DNA of 64,000 nt from the NCBI RefSeq assembly GCF_021028975.2, contig NC_059434.1, positions 28,334,001 to 28,398,000 on the forward strand, read 5' to 3'. This document shows positions 1-11,225 of the stretch, in pieces. The notes beneath the pieces were generated by a model, which was given only the letters and a program-made list of their open reading frames with translations, was not told the DNA's origin and did not search any database. A program made the translations under genes and the position numbers. The stretch's first letter is position 1, and each line of letters begins with the position of its first letter. This DNA comes from Sphaerodactylus townsendi. Its lineage: Eukaryota.

Positions 1-182
1 CTCCTCATCTACAGCCGCCATTCTCTCTCCCTCTCTGCCGCCCCCTGGCTGGAGTTTGAAGTTGCAGCCAGGAACATTCCTGATAGGTTAACCTTTGGAA
101 CTCTCCGCTGTCTCCAGCCACCTGATTGTTATCGGAACATGCCTTCTCTCGCAGCCTTGCTTGTGAGAGTCACTGAACCTGC

Positions 183-960
183 AATGCTAAAGACTATCAG
201 TAGCTCTCTCTCTACATTCTTGAGAAATCCATGGACTCTACCACCATCGCTCTAAAGGCTTTGGTGGCCAAACAGCAAGAGCCGTGCATTGGACAATTAT
301 GCAGCCATGGGCTGCCCCCCTTTCCCTTCATCACCTAGCTTTTGTATTGTTTAGCTATGTTTATTGTTTCCATTTATATGATGCCCTTTGGAGCCGACCT
401 CCAAAGGAATTATTGAGTACTGTAACCCAACTGATCGTTGAAGTTATTGCATGCTTTAATTTTAGAAGTTATGTTATTTGTTGTTGTTGCATCTGTCTGC
501 CGGGACTCTCTGCTGCCGCCTCACCATCGTTCTGCCTCAGGCTCCACCCCGGGAGCCCACGCGCCGCCGCAGCCCCGCCCTTCCCCTCGGCCCCCCTTTT
601 GCCGGAGCGACGCGGCGGCTCTAGCCAAGGCGGAGTATGTTTCCCTCGCGACTTCCCTTCCGCGGACTTATTTCCTGTAACACCATCAGCCGTTCTGGCC
701 TGTGCCCTTGCGAAGTCCATCAATTCTACCTCAACTGCTTTGGATGCTCTGGCCTCCGAGCAGCAGGAGCTTCGTCAAGCGACCTTAGATAATCATGCCG
801 CTATTGATTGCTTGTTATTGTTGATTCATATGAAAGTGCATGAGTTGCCAGATACTGTACTACTGTTCAATTCTGCATTGGTTTGATTGTATGCTTTATT
901 ATTGGAGCTTGCCTTGCTCGATGCGTATCTACTTTTGCCTGTAACGTGTGCAAGAAACCC
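183..960 (+). pseudogene. env: Decayed endogenous retrovirus env (TM subunit) remnants, apparently two tandem diverged copies
   Basis: ORF 284..886 contains LACALAKSINSTSTALDALASEQQELRQATLDNHAAIDCLLLLIH, resembling the ASLV-type TM heptad plus immunosuppressive domain (LACWSVKQANLT...LQNRAAIDFLLLAHGHGC...CCFNLSD). An upstream copy reads LEKSMDSTTIALKALVAKQQE / ALDNYAAMGC / LSLHHLAFVLFSYVYCFHLYD across frameshifts (219-~385). It lies directly 5' of a PPT and LTR. Confidence 0.8.
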
Positions 961-1091
961 TTTGACTTCCCCCCTTCATCGCAACCACGTTCTCATGTTG
1001 CACAAGCAACTCAGCCAGCTTGGCCAAACGGCGGAGGAGGTAAGCGTCCCTTTAAATCGCCCCCAACGATTCGGCCTCCCTTCTAAAACGT

Positions 1092-1105
1092 AAAAAAGGA
1101 GGAGA
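1092..1105 (+). other. Retroviral polypurine tract (PPT)
   Basis: aaaaaaggaggaga immediately precedes the TG start of the LTR at 1106. Confidence 0.85.
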
Positions 1106-1586
1106 TGTAGGGATGAGCCGCTGACCCAGCAGCACCGTAGGTAGAGCACTAGAATGCTGGCCCAACTACGGCCTTCTGGTCGCACCCACTCCCCCCATCC
1201 TCCATTCCCCGATGAGTCACGGGTCATGAACTACCTGGCTCACAACCACCAGGTGTCCCAGACAAAGGGACAATGGGCCCTTGCCCCCAGGTGCGGATTA
1301 GACCCAGACGCAGACACTTCCTCCTGCACGTAGCAGCCCGATGAGATCATGCCTCACATGATGATCTCCAGCTCTCCCGGTCTCCCGACCTCCCGCTCAT
1401 CTCCTTACCCACCTCCTTTACATGCCCACAATGAAACCCTAATAAAAGGTGCCGGAGACTAGCGCACAGCAGAGTAGCTAGATTCATGGCACATGGATCC
1501 CGCGCTCCCTGCTGCTGGCTCTCTCCACCAGATGATATCTCCGCATCTCGTCTCGTTCTTACGACAACCCTGCGGGCACGACTACA
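1106..1586 (+). mobile_element. ERV 3' LTR (481 bp)
   Basis: Starts TGTAG and ends CTACA (5-bp terminal inverted repeat). Preceded by the PPT and env remnant; AATAAA at 1441; CpG-rich. Confidence 0.8.
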
Positions 1587-1735
1587 GTTCCCCACCCTGA
1601 GACATGGACAATATATACCACAATAAACATCCCCTTTTCACTGGGCACAGTGTCTAGCACACTTCTCTCTGTGATACACCGCTGAAGATGCCAGCCACAG
1701 ATGCAGGGGAAACATTAGGAAGAAGATCTACCAGG
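1587..1735 (+). mobile_element. Penelope-like retroelement pseudo-LTR fragment
   Basis: ctgtgatacaccgctgaagatgccagccacagatgcaggggaaacattaggaagaagatctaccag is homologous to the copies at 11226-11352 (-) and 37340-37438 (+). Confidence 0.7.
1679..1719 (+). ncRNA. Degenerate minimal hammerhead ribozyme motif (Penelope-associated)
   Basis: CUGAAGA-UGCCAGCCACAGAUGCAGGG-GAAA-CA-UU-AGG. The core boxes are present but stems I, II and III carry mismatches. Confidence 0.5.
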
Positions 1736-2250
1736 TGCTGGGAAGCTTTATGATTTTTAGGACCTGGTGCAGAAGGAAGATGGTTTCTAGAGAAGATCTG
1801 AACTGCCATGGTCCCAGCGTTCAATGATTTTGAAGAAAACTAAGCATATAAAAATAGAGATAAATCTAATGCAAATAGAAAGGGATGCTTTTCATTTCAT
1901 ATTCAGAATAAATTAATGATAAATGTTTGGGGGTGGATGCCAAAAATAAAGTAGCCTCCAGCTAGCAAGATATTGCCTCATAAACAATCTACATGTGAAA
2001 AAATAGCAACATTTATTATTAGGGAATGATAAAAATACAATGGATTGGCCCCTGTAAGTCCTGCTAGGTGAGGAAAACTTCCTTCACTGGAACAAACCTG
2101 TCTCCAGTGGAGAAAGCACTTAGGCAAAAGGGAATTGTAGGATCTATTTCATAATTGTATACAAAGTCAGGCCTCGGGTATTGCATATTGATAAATCACA
2201 AAGAGCTCAAGCGGTCTGTAAGCCCTCTGACCAATCCTATAATATATATA

Positions 2251-3358
2251 TATTACTCATAGCAGTATATTTTCCTTTAAAAATCATATTGGCAAAAGCC
2301 AGTTGCCAAAAGCACTCCTATGGGTGTAGGTAGCCGCATGATCACCTGACCACAGCCAAAAGGTCAAAACTACTTTAACAAAAGCTAAGATAATGAGTTA
2401 CTCCAGCATAACCTGGAGGTCTCATTTGAGTCACTAGAATGCTTGATTACCACACCTTGCTATAGAAACTGTTAAAGACAAAGAATATGGAAAGCCAACT
2501 TGCTATCAAACACTGCACTTCCTATCTCTTCTGGGAACCCAGGTCAGCAACAAATAGTTGTTCCTTTGCATTTCCTTCCCTTTGTCATGACTCTCCTAAA
2601 ACCACTTACCTTATCCTGATCTAATGTCTCTGTCAAATCTGAATATCCTGGGCAGTGACTCTCAAGAGTTAATCTGCATGGAAGCCTTTCAGCGTTTCCT
2701 CGTTTAGCTTAACAAAGCAATTTTGGCTCCATTGCCCTGGGTTTAGCAGTAGCTGAGCTGACTAATTACCTCAGCACCCCCAAACCCAGCACAGATGTGA
2801 AACTTAGTATGATTGGTTCCTTTCCCATCAAGGAACGACCCACCTTATAAAAGTTTAGTTCACCTGCAAGAGTTTGCTCATTGCCACATGTTCTTGTTGG
2901 TGTTGAGACATGAATTCGTCCTTCATTGGGTTTCTGTGCTGGCATGGAATCCCTGCCTTCTACTTCTACTCTTCTAAGAATCGTTAGGTAACGTATTACC
3001 CCACAACAACCCCCATTCCCTTCTCTATCATCCAATCTATCTTTCAAACCTGCTTATATCCTAGGAAACTTGAATGTATGTGCTTTTGTGTCTTACTGTG
3101 TGTATGCATTTTTGAACCAAATTTATATAAAATGTTTAAACTCAATTTGGACTCTTGCATTACTCTGTGGAATATTCATTGCCAGAATTCCTTTCCCGTA
3201 TTATACAGTCTAAAAGATCTCCTCTTGGCCCCTCTTGCTGTCAATGTGAGTGTTCATTCCCCTTTGCTACTTTTAAAACCATATGTGTGCTGTTACACTT
3301 TTAGCAGCTGGTGGAGATTCCCTTTAATAAAGCCCTTACCCCTGTTAGGCCAGTAACA
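2251..3358 (+). mobile_element. Candidate solo LTR (~1.1 kb)
   Basis: Ends tattact...agtaaca match a TGTTACT/AGTAACA inverted pair with one change. TATAAAA near 2846 and AATAAA at 3326 near the 3' end. No TSD found. Confidence 0.4.
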
Positions 3359-5490
3359 GTTTACATCTTTCATTAAATACATGAACTTGTTTTTGAGCAT
3401 ATAGATTCAGAAAATATATCATGTTAGAATTTGATGATCGTGGTTACAGTGAATATATGAAAACCGTTGATACTCTGGTAATCTGAATCTCTTGCTTTTT
3501 ATAAACAGAGGTCTTCCATAAATGCCCTCTTGGAAATTTGTCTATCTGAATACAATCTTGTAAACAAACTTGCTGGAGGAATAGCTAGTGTCTAGATAAG
3601 AAACTGCAAAAACACAACGGCCTTTAATGCACTTGTGGTTTCCTTTGCATTGAGTGTACATTCCCTTCGGGTTGGATTCTTGGTGATGCACATTCCCTCC
3701 TCTCTGGAACTCACCTCATTCTCAGATCTGAAAATGTTTCCAAAAGCTCTCAAAGTGTGCCTTTTCAGGGAAAGTGAAGGGAAAGCTAATGGAATCAACC
3801 TGTGTCTCCTTTTCTTCTGGTTTCTTCTGGTTTCTTGATCCTCCTGGCTTTTTTTGGTCACACAAAAGCAGTTCCTCCTACATGGTTTGTAGGAACAAGG
3901 AAATCGGGAAGGGGGGCAGGCCAAATGGCAGAGTGGATCGACAATAAACACTTCACAGTGGTTTTTTCCTATTTAAACAAAAAAAAAGCATTGTAAATGT
4001 GTGCAAAGCACACAGTTGTAAGGTAAGCACCGGATACATAAAAGTACAATGAAACAGTAATGAGAGACAATCGTCTTATTGCCCTTATTTTTCTGTTATC
4101 TAAGTACATAAATTCTTATACTTCTTATACTAAGATGATTGTATATACATAGCAATTGAGTTTGCCATGGTTCTGAGAATTATCAGAAATACAGTCCACT
4201 TAGCCTGAGTGCGGTGCGTTTTTTATACAGTACGTTTCACATTGCACTCCTATTTTGGTTTTGATTACAGTAATGAGAGAGACAAGAAAATGCTGGGACA
4301 GACCTTGGACTACTTGCTATTTGTAACAATATCAGATAGTGCATACAAGGTGGCTTGGGCAGAGGTCCTAGAGTGATTTAGAGGCCTTTCTAAGGGCTTC
4401 AGTGCCCTAGGACTGTCTTTAAACTGCATGTTTCAAAAGATTTACAGATATATAGTGCATGTGAGTATAAAGTGAATATCTGAAGTTGAAGGAAGAAAAA
4501 CCTATGCTACAACTTTTCTTGTTACTAGTTTTATGTGAGGAAAAGGGCTGGAGAGATGAGACAGGCTTCTCAGCTTCCCTTATTTGCCTAAATAACAGTA
4601 CCCAAGACTGGAGTTAGGATGGTTGGATTTTGTTCTGGCTCTGACAACAGACAATGGGGAACTTACATGTTTCATATCTTCAAAACAATACACCCAGCAT
4701 GGTTAGCACAAGAGGATTGTGTCCTAAAGTCTTGACAGATGCAGGGTGAAGTAAAGAGAGGACTGTATTTGAAAATAGAGAACAAAGAGATGTTATGAGA
4801 AGAAAGGAAAGCAGGGCAGAAGGTTCAGATAAGAATTCTAACTTTAGGATGTTTTCCAAACCTCTGAACTCTTGCAAAGTTCACTGCAAGTTCAGCCACC
4901 CACAGTGTGTACTTATCCTACATTCCTTCTTAGTCTCTTTATTTATATGGAAGCAATATCCATAAACATAGCTCAACAGAACTGTTTAACCATATCAGTT
5001 CCGCATCTTTCTGGTGACATGAAGAATGATGAGAAATGGTGGGGCGACATAATTGTCACCCACTTAGAGTCAGTTCACATGACACTTTAAGCCATTTTCC
5101 CTGACTCAAGGGACTAATGCAGCATATGAACTGATTGCTTCCAGGTCTAAGCTGTGGATTCAACACTTACTTCCTCCTGTGGTGAGCCAATCTAAATGAG
5201 CTGGTAGGCTGTAACGGCAGTGTTATGGATCAGACCATTTCTGGCTGCAGATTGTGTTGGGTGTATGTCTTATGTTTGTACACTCGTTTAGGTACAATTG
5301 TCTTTCATGTAGACAGCTGTTCTGTTAGGTGGTATAGCCCTTTCCATGATATGTATGAATTTTACGTGAGAATTTTTAAAAGGTTGACTTTGAAACTGTA
5401 GACTATTTCTAGGAACACAAGAAAGGAAGGGGAGTGACATGCAGATGGGAACAGGACAGACGCAGGGTAGCATAATGTAGTCCAGTGCAA

Positions 5491-5563
5491 GTCAAGTCAA
5501 GTATTTATTGTTTGAGCCATTGGCTATAACAATACAAAAATACATGCAGTTAAAACAGTAACT
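5491..5563 (-). mobile_element. Very short 5'-truncated non-LTR retroelement 3' end with 13-bp TSD
   Basis: Flanked by the perfect direct repeat tagtccagtgcaa (5478-5490, 5564-5576). The minus strand ends ...agccaatggct..AATAAA..(CTTGA)n. Confidence 0.7.
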
Positions 5564-5929
5564 TAGTCCAGTGCAATAATCTAATCTAGATGTAACCAGG
5601 ACATGTGCCACAGAGGTCACATTTGTGCTCAGAAAAAGCTGTAGCTGACTAACTAGTTGGAGCTGCTAAAGGCACTCCTGGCAACAGCTGGTACCTGTTT
5701 ATCAATTCCAGAGAACTTCCAGATTTCAGACCATTTCTTCAAGGGGAGCACAGCCTTATACAGAATGAGCGGCACCTTAAATCTGAGTCAGATCCTCCTC
5801 TCACAAGTAGCAGTTCTGTTTTGTCAGGATTAAACTTCAGTTTATTAGCCTGCGTCCACTAAGAACATCCTGTAGGCACCAGTTCAGCATTTCTACTTCC
5901 TCCTGAAGATTAGACAGATATGTGAGATA

Positions 5930-6458
5930 GGCCCTTTCCGCACCGCAATGGTGCGGGGGTGCGTGAGCATAAACAATGCCAATGCACGCCCCAAGAGCAT
6001 TCGCATGGGCAGTCCTAAAAGGGCAGCAGGCAGCAGCGCAGCCTTTGTACAGGCTGCGCTGTCGCTGAACGCCTACCTTGTCTCCTGGTTTCTGGCTCGT
6101 TGCAGAGGCCAGGGAACATGCCCCCTCAGCCTGGAGCGATGGCTCTGGAGTTGCAGGCCAGGGGGGCGTGTCCCCTGGCCTCTGCGATGAGTCGGAAGCC
6201 AGGAGACAAGGTTCGGGGATGGTGCGGGGGAAATGGCGCCTTCCAGCTGCTGCCGTTAGCACAGCAGCGGTTGAAAGATGCTGCTTCCGAAAAACCTCGC
6301 TCAGGTAGCGAGGTTCGGAAGCAGCGTCTTTGCGCCACTCGGGGGTTGCGAGGCCGGCGCTGCTGTGATGCAGCAGCGGCTGCCGTGCAAACCCCTCCCC
6401 AGGGACGCTGTTTTTTAGCATCCCTGGGGTGCTCTTTCCTGCCCTTGCGGAAAGGGCC
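5930..6458. mobile_element. PIF/Harbinger-type MITE
   Basis: TIRs ggccctttccgca / tgcggaaagggcc with 3-bp TSD ATA on both sides; GC-rich interior. Confidence 0.75.
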
Positions 6459-6566
6459 ATAGAGTTGACTATTATCTGCATATTAGTGACAGCCCATCTC
6501 AAATGTCCTGTAGATGTTAAAGACAAGATAGAGGACAAGATGGAACCTTGCTTGATCCTACCAGTC

Positions 6567-6695
6567 CAGGGGTAGGGAACCTGCGGCTCTCCAGATGTTC
6601 AGGAATTACAATTCCCATCAGCCCCTACATGCTGACAGAGGCTGATGGGAATTGTAGTTCCGAACATCTGGAGAGCCGCAGGTTCCCTACCCCTG
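6567..6695. mobile_element. Palindromic hAT MITE
   Basis: Near-perfect foldback caggggtagggaacctgcggctctccagatgttc... / ...gaacatctggagagccgcaggttccctacccctg; 8-bp TSD taccagtc/cactagtc. Confidence 0.85.
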
Positions 6696-6920
6696 CACTA
6701 GTCAAAGGCCACAGGGTTGATCAGCAGTCAGCCTGCATCACCTTCTCAAACTTACCATATGGATAGGGTGGCAACCACCACATATGGGTGTTTCCCAATT
6801 TCATCCTGAAATGGGGTCCAGAAAAATACCACCAATGGTGTCAAAAGCCATTGAGAAGTCCAAGAGAATCAACAGAATCACACGCTCTCTGTTCATCTCC
6901 AGGTGTAGGTCATCCACAAT

Positions 6921-7630
6921 TTATTTATTTAATTCAGTTTTTATTTCGCCCAGGGTCAGGCTGTAGGGTGGCTCCTATCAGCAATACAGACATTTCTATT
7001 TTAAAAAGTATTATACTTTAAAACCATTAAAACCTCAACTTAATAAATGGCACCAAAAAAGACATCTCTCCAGTCATGTGGGTGAGTAGTAGGAGGCATC
7101 AGAAACAACAGCTGGGTACAAATCCTTGGAGGAGCTGAGGGGGGAGGTGTCAATTGATGAATAACCATCTTTGGTTCCTTCCGCACATGCAGAATAATAC
7201 ACTTTCAATCCACTTTCACAATTGTTTGCAAGTGGATTTTGCTATTCTGCACAGTAAAATCCAGCTGCGAAGTGCATTGAAAGTGGATTGAAAATGCATT
7301 ATTCTGCATGTGCGGAAGGGGCCATTGTCCTCAACCATAGGCTTGGTCGAGCAGGTTCTACAGAACTGAGTCATGTTTTGCAGGGCCCAAGTTTCACTCG
7401 ACAGAGAGTTCCACCAGGCTGGGGCTAGAGCTGAAAATGCCTGGCCTTGGTTAAGGACAGCAAAGGATATTTTAGTCCAGGGACCACTAGTAAGTTAGCT
7501 CTGGTTGAGTGCAGCACTCTTTGCAAGAGGTCTGGTAGGAGAGGTGGTCCTGTAGATACAATGATCTCTGGCCATTTAGAACTTTTTTAAAAAAGTCAAA
7601 ACTTTGTACTTTATCTGGGACATTTCTGCC
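6921..7630 (-). mobile_element. L2 LINE 3' end (interrupted by a MITE)
   Basis: (TTTA)n tail at the left end. 7330-7560 is homologous to the L2 C-terminal region at 24055-24270 (cctcaaccata.gc.tggt.ga.cag...gagttccaccaggctggggctagagctgaaaa). Confidence 0.7.
7173..7323. mobile_element. Palindromic PIF/Harbinger-type MITE
   Basis: Long inverted arms ggttccttccgcacatgcagaataat... / ...attattctgcatgtgcggaaggggcc. Confidence 0.75.
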
Positions 7631-9860
7631 ACTCAGTTCACACCTGATTTTCTTGGGAGTTGATTCACAAGCATTGGAATCAGTTTGAACAGGGTTCTTT
7701 TTAAAAGGAAGTCTTTATCATCTTTCCTCATGTAGACATACCCTTTTCCTTCAATTTTCACAAGAGAAGGAACTGCAGACTTATTTAAAAAAAAAGAAAA
7801 AGGGGAATTTAGAGAACCTGCTATGACTATTGCTCCAATGCTCCAATTATCTATTGATATTTTGTGCCTTTTTAAAAAAAGAAAAAGAAATTATCATATT
7901 TAAAGTGGGGGAGATAGGGAATTGCCTGACCACCATAGTCCAGTCATGGCAAAGTGGACTGGAGGTGGATGGGGAAAAGAAAACCAACACAAATATTTTG
8001 CATGAGAAAAAATTCAACTCAAAATTGCCTTCCAGAAAAACATCTGGGCAAAATTGGTCTCAAAAGAACTGTGGAAAAAAACCTTCAGGTGTGTGCAGGG
8101 GGCGGGGTAGAGGGACAAAACCTGAAGGGAAAAGGAATAAACATGCATGTGGAAATCAGGGAAATCAGCAGTTCAGAGCCTGGTGGAAAAGTCCTTTGTG
8201 TTTGATGATTTTGTCAATTGATGCTGAGAGTGTATGAGAACAAGGAGGTCCGGGGGAGATCAGAATTCCAACTGGACATTTTGAGATTGTAATTACAGTG
8301 AAACCCAAAAGGAAAAAGTTTGATTCCAGTGGCACCTTTAAGATCAAAAAAGTATTAAGTTTGAAACCAACATGAAAGCTTATACCAAGTGTGGTGGAAG
8401 GGGCCTGCTCTGACCTGCAGACTATGCCAGCTCTTACCCTCTTGAAAGGTTCTCAGCTCTTCCTGGAGAGGCTTCTCTCTCTCTCTCAGAGAGAACTTCT
8501 GCCACCACGGACTGTTGTAGGAACTGCCTATTGGGAAAGGTCAGGACCCCCCCCAGCTTCCTTTCCAACTCTGAGGCTGCACCTCTGTTTCTCCTTCCTA
8601 CTCCTGGGCACCATGGGGACAATTTACTGCCTGGTGCACCTCTCTAGGAATAGCTGCTTGCCAACTGCCAGCCTTCCCCCTCCTGGTGGTTCATTTTTAA
8701 AATAGCATGTCCAAGATGGTGGAGGTCTATGTGGTGCAGAGATGCTGCCAGTATCCAAAAATAAAATATATTTATTAAAAGGAAAATGTTTACAGGCATA
8801 ATTTTAGCACAGCATCCACAAGAAATGAAACACAATTCTACTGTCCTTTTTATACATGCCTTATCACATGATAGAGTATAGGACTGGCTCTTGAGCAGGC
8901 CTGTAGTCAGAAAATGTTCCATGTGGGGCAAATACCGGTAAGTATTGGTCAGCACATCATTATTTATTTTCTTTATTTCTTAATTTTTTTATTTGTTTGT
9001 GCTTTGTTCTTTATTTACCAACTTTGTACTTGAGACTCAATGTGTATACATAGTATAAAGCAATGTAATTGAATAGCATGAGGGATCTAACAAGCCATGC
9101 AATAAATCTAGGATTACAAAAATTAGAAAAGTGCAAAGAAGTTACAGATATCCTATGCCACCCCTGGGCTTTGGGAGGCAGTTCTGCCCTGCCAACTGCT
9201 AATTCTCTTCCAGCCAGTTGCATAGAGAATTCACATTTGGAAGATATATGATATGATTCATACCTTTTTACCTCAGCTCCTTCCTCTGTTTACATGGCGA
9301 ATTTACACTTAAAAGAGTCACGAAGGGTTTCACACCAACCCTAGTGTTGATTGGAGGGACATGACAAAAGATTGATGGGGCCCAGCTCCCTTTTGCACCA
9401 CCATGGTTATGGGCCTGCTCTTGAACTTAGGATGTTATAGATCTCTACAGAGTTCCCATTACCTGGAAGTTTCCTCCAGCATCCTTGGATAGCACATGGT
9501 CAAAGTGGCTGCATCTTCCAGACCCGAGGCAAGACCTCTGTCCCCTCTGAGAGTACCAGACAAAAGAGCGCTTCCTCCTTGATAGTTTTATTCAATCTTT
9601 TCTCCACCCACTGACCAAGTCAGCCTGGGTCAAAGATCCTTTTTCTGGTGTTTCTTCCTGAAGTCCTTTCTAGACTTTCTGAACTTCCCAGTCTCTGATC
9701 TTTGCTTGCAAGGTGAGAGGGAGCTTGACCTATCCCATTGTCTCTTGCTACCTCGATTAACATTTCTAAAACAAGGTGGCTGAAGTGAACTGACTTCCTT
9801 ATCACTTCTGGTTAAAAGTTTCCTTCAAAGCTCATGTGGAAAAAGCTATTTCTTTGCAGC

Positions 9861-9949
9861 AAGAATAAAACTTGGTTGGTCTTAAAAGTGCCTCTGGACT
9901 CAAACTTTTTCTGCTGCTTCAGACCAACATGGCTATCCACCTGAATCTA
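9861..9949 (+). mobile_element. Sauropsid Penelope-type repeat 3' fragment (a related inverted piece lies at ~8313-8360)
   Basis: aataaaacttggttggtcttaaaagtgcctctggactcaaact...gcttcagaccaacatggcta.ccacctgaatcta; the reverse complement aaagtttgattccagtggcacctttaagatc occurs at ~8315. Family assignment is from recall. Confidence 0.45.
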
Positions 9950-9985
9950 CCTTAAAGGAAATATCAGACAAGTAACAGAAGTATC

Positions 9986-10060
9986 TTTGATTGTGTGTTC
10001 CTGCATTGCAGGTGGTTGGACTTGATGGCCCTTGTGGTCTCTTCCAACTCTATGAATCTA
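9986..10060 (+). mobile_element. CR1 LINE 3' terminal fragment
   Basis: gttcctgcattgcagg.ggttggacttgatggccct...tctcttccaactctatga.tcta is nearly identical to the CR1 tail at 34044-34108. Confidence 0.8.
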
Positions 10061-11225
10061 TCTCATTTAGTAGCTATAAATGATCTAGCAAAAATACTGT
10101 AAGAAATCAAAGGGGAAGAATAAAACAAAATGTTTTCTTTTTTTAAAAAATCCCTTTTGACTTTTGTTAACTGCAAGATATAACAGGTCTTGAGCACAAT
10201 TGCTAGACCTTTCTCAGGAAATACTTAATGCTTTAACATTCTCTATAAGAATAGAAAATGAAAAGTCTGCTGCTAACAGATCCCCAGAAATAACATGTAG
10301 TTCTGAGCATTAGAACACAGAACTTCTAGTTGACATAAAACTTCAAAACAAAATCCTTCGGCATAAAACAGAGAATGAGTTTTAACACCACTTCAGGTTG
10401 ATATAAATTTGCAGAGAAGTTCCTTGGCACCAGTTGCTCCTTCTGCCCTTTAACATACACAAATATTTAGTTGTTCTGGTATTTCAACATAGCAGTTCTG
10501 AACTGTGCTATTAAATAAGATTGGAGTCAGTTGTCTGTTTTTATTGAGTATTTGTTTTAATATATGTAATTTTTGTGTGGCAAAGCTTAGAGATCTTTAT
10601 TGCGGTTTCTACCATTCTTTTATGAAACTCTGAAAAACTGAATACAATGTACGTGACCAGAATTTAATTGTGGTGGTGATATTGAGTTGGTTCCCATAAC
10701 ATTTGAATGTGACAAAACATGTATCTGTCATAATTTGTAATTGCCAAACCTTTCATACTTGATACAACCTTGGGTTGACAGTTATACTAACAGGATCAGC
10801 TATGTTTGATCTGGGCATGATTGAGCACCTGCCAGTTTGGCTGATATCCTGCTTGTTGGTGGTAAGCAGGGAGCTGACCATTTGGTGAGCTATTTGGATG
10901 TGACCAAATGAATTTGGATGTTTCACATATTTTCACATATTATTATCTTGTTTACTATCACAGCTGCCAGTTCTTTAGCTGCTTGTTTTTGGCCTTTCAT
11001 TACAATTCAAGCCCCACCCAGAGGACATTGTAATATATTGGGGTATTATTCGTGCAGATCCCAGCAGGGCTGCCTTCTGAATCATAGGCTGATTTTTCAC
11101 GGTCAAAATGGCCCGTTGTTAGCACGGAAAATACTCCTGTGCAGCCGGGAGTCCTTCACAGCTCCAGGTGCTGCAGCATGTCTGCCACGTTGTTGCCCCA
11201 GTGCCACCCCGCAGTATTGGCTTTG

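Larger units (their letters stand above)
5478..6920 (-). mobile_element. L2 LINE ORF2 (RT region) fragment, interrupted by three younger insertions
   Basis: Minus-strand peptides IVDDLHLEMNRERVILLILLDFSMAFDTI (~6830-6920) and QVPAVARSAF/QLQLVSQLQLFLS..VAHVLVTSRLDYC (~5570-5697) match the L2 motifs LLDLSAAFDTI and HALVTSRLDYCN. Confidence 0.85.

Noticed and set aside
284-886. 200-aa ORF as an intact (domesticated, syncytin-like) env gene
   Set aside because: It has a non-ATG start, no signal peptide, SU, furin site or fusion peptide, and decayed cysteine motifs. Frameshifts lie within both TM modules.
5837-6538. 233-aa minus-strand ORF, the longest in the window
   Set aside because: It runs through a GC-rich MITE and L2 flanks; the lack of stops is compositional.
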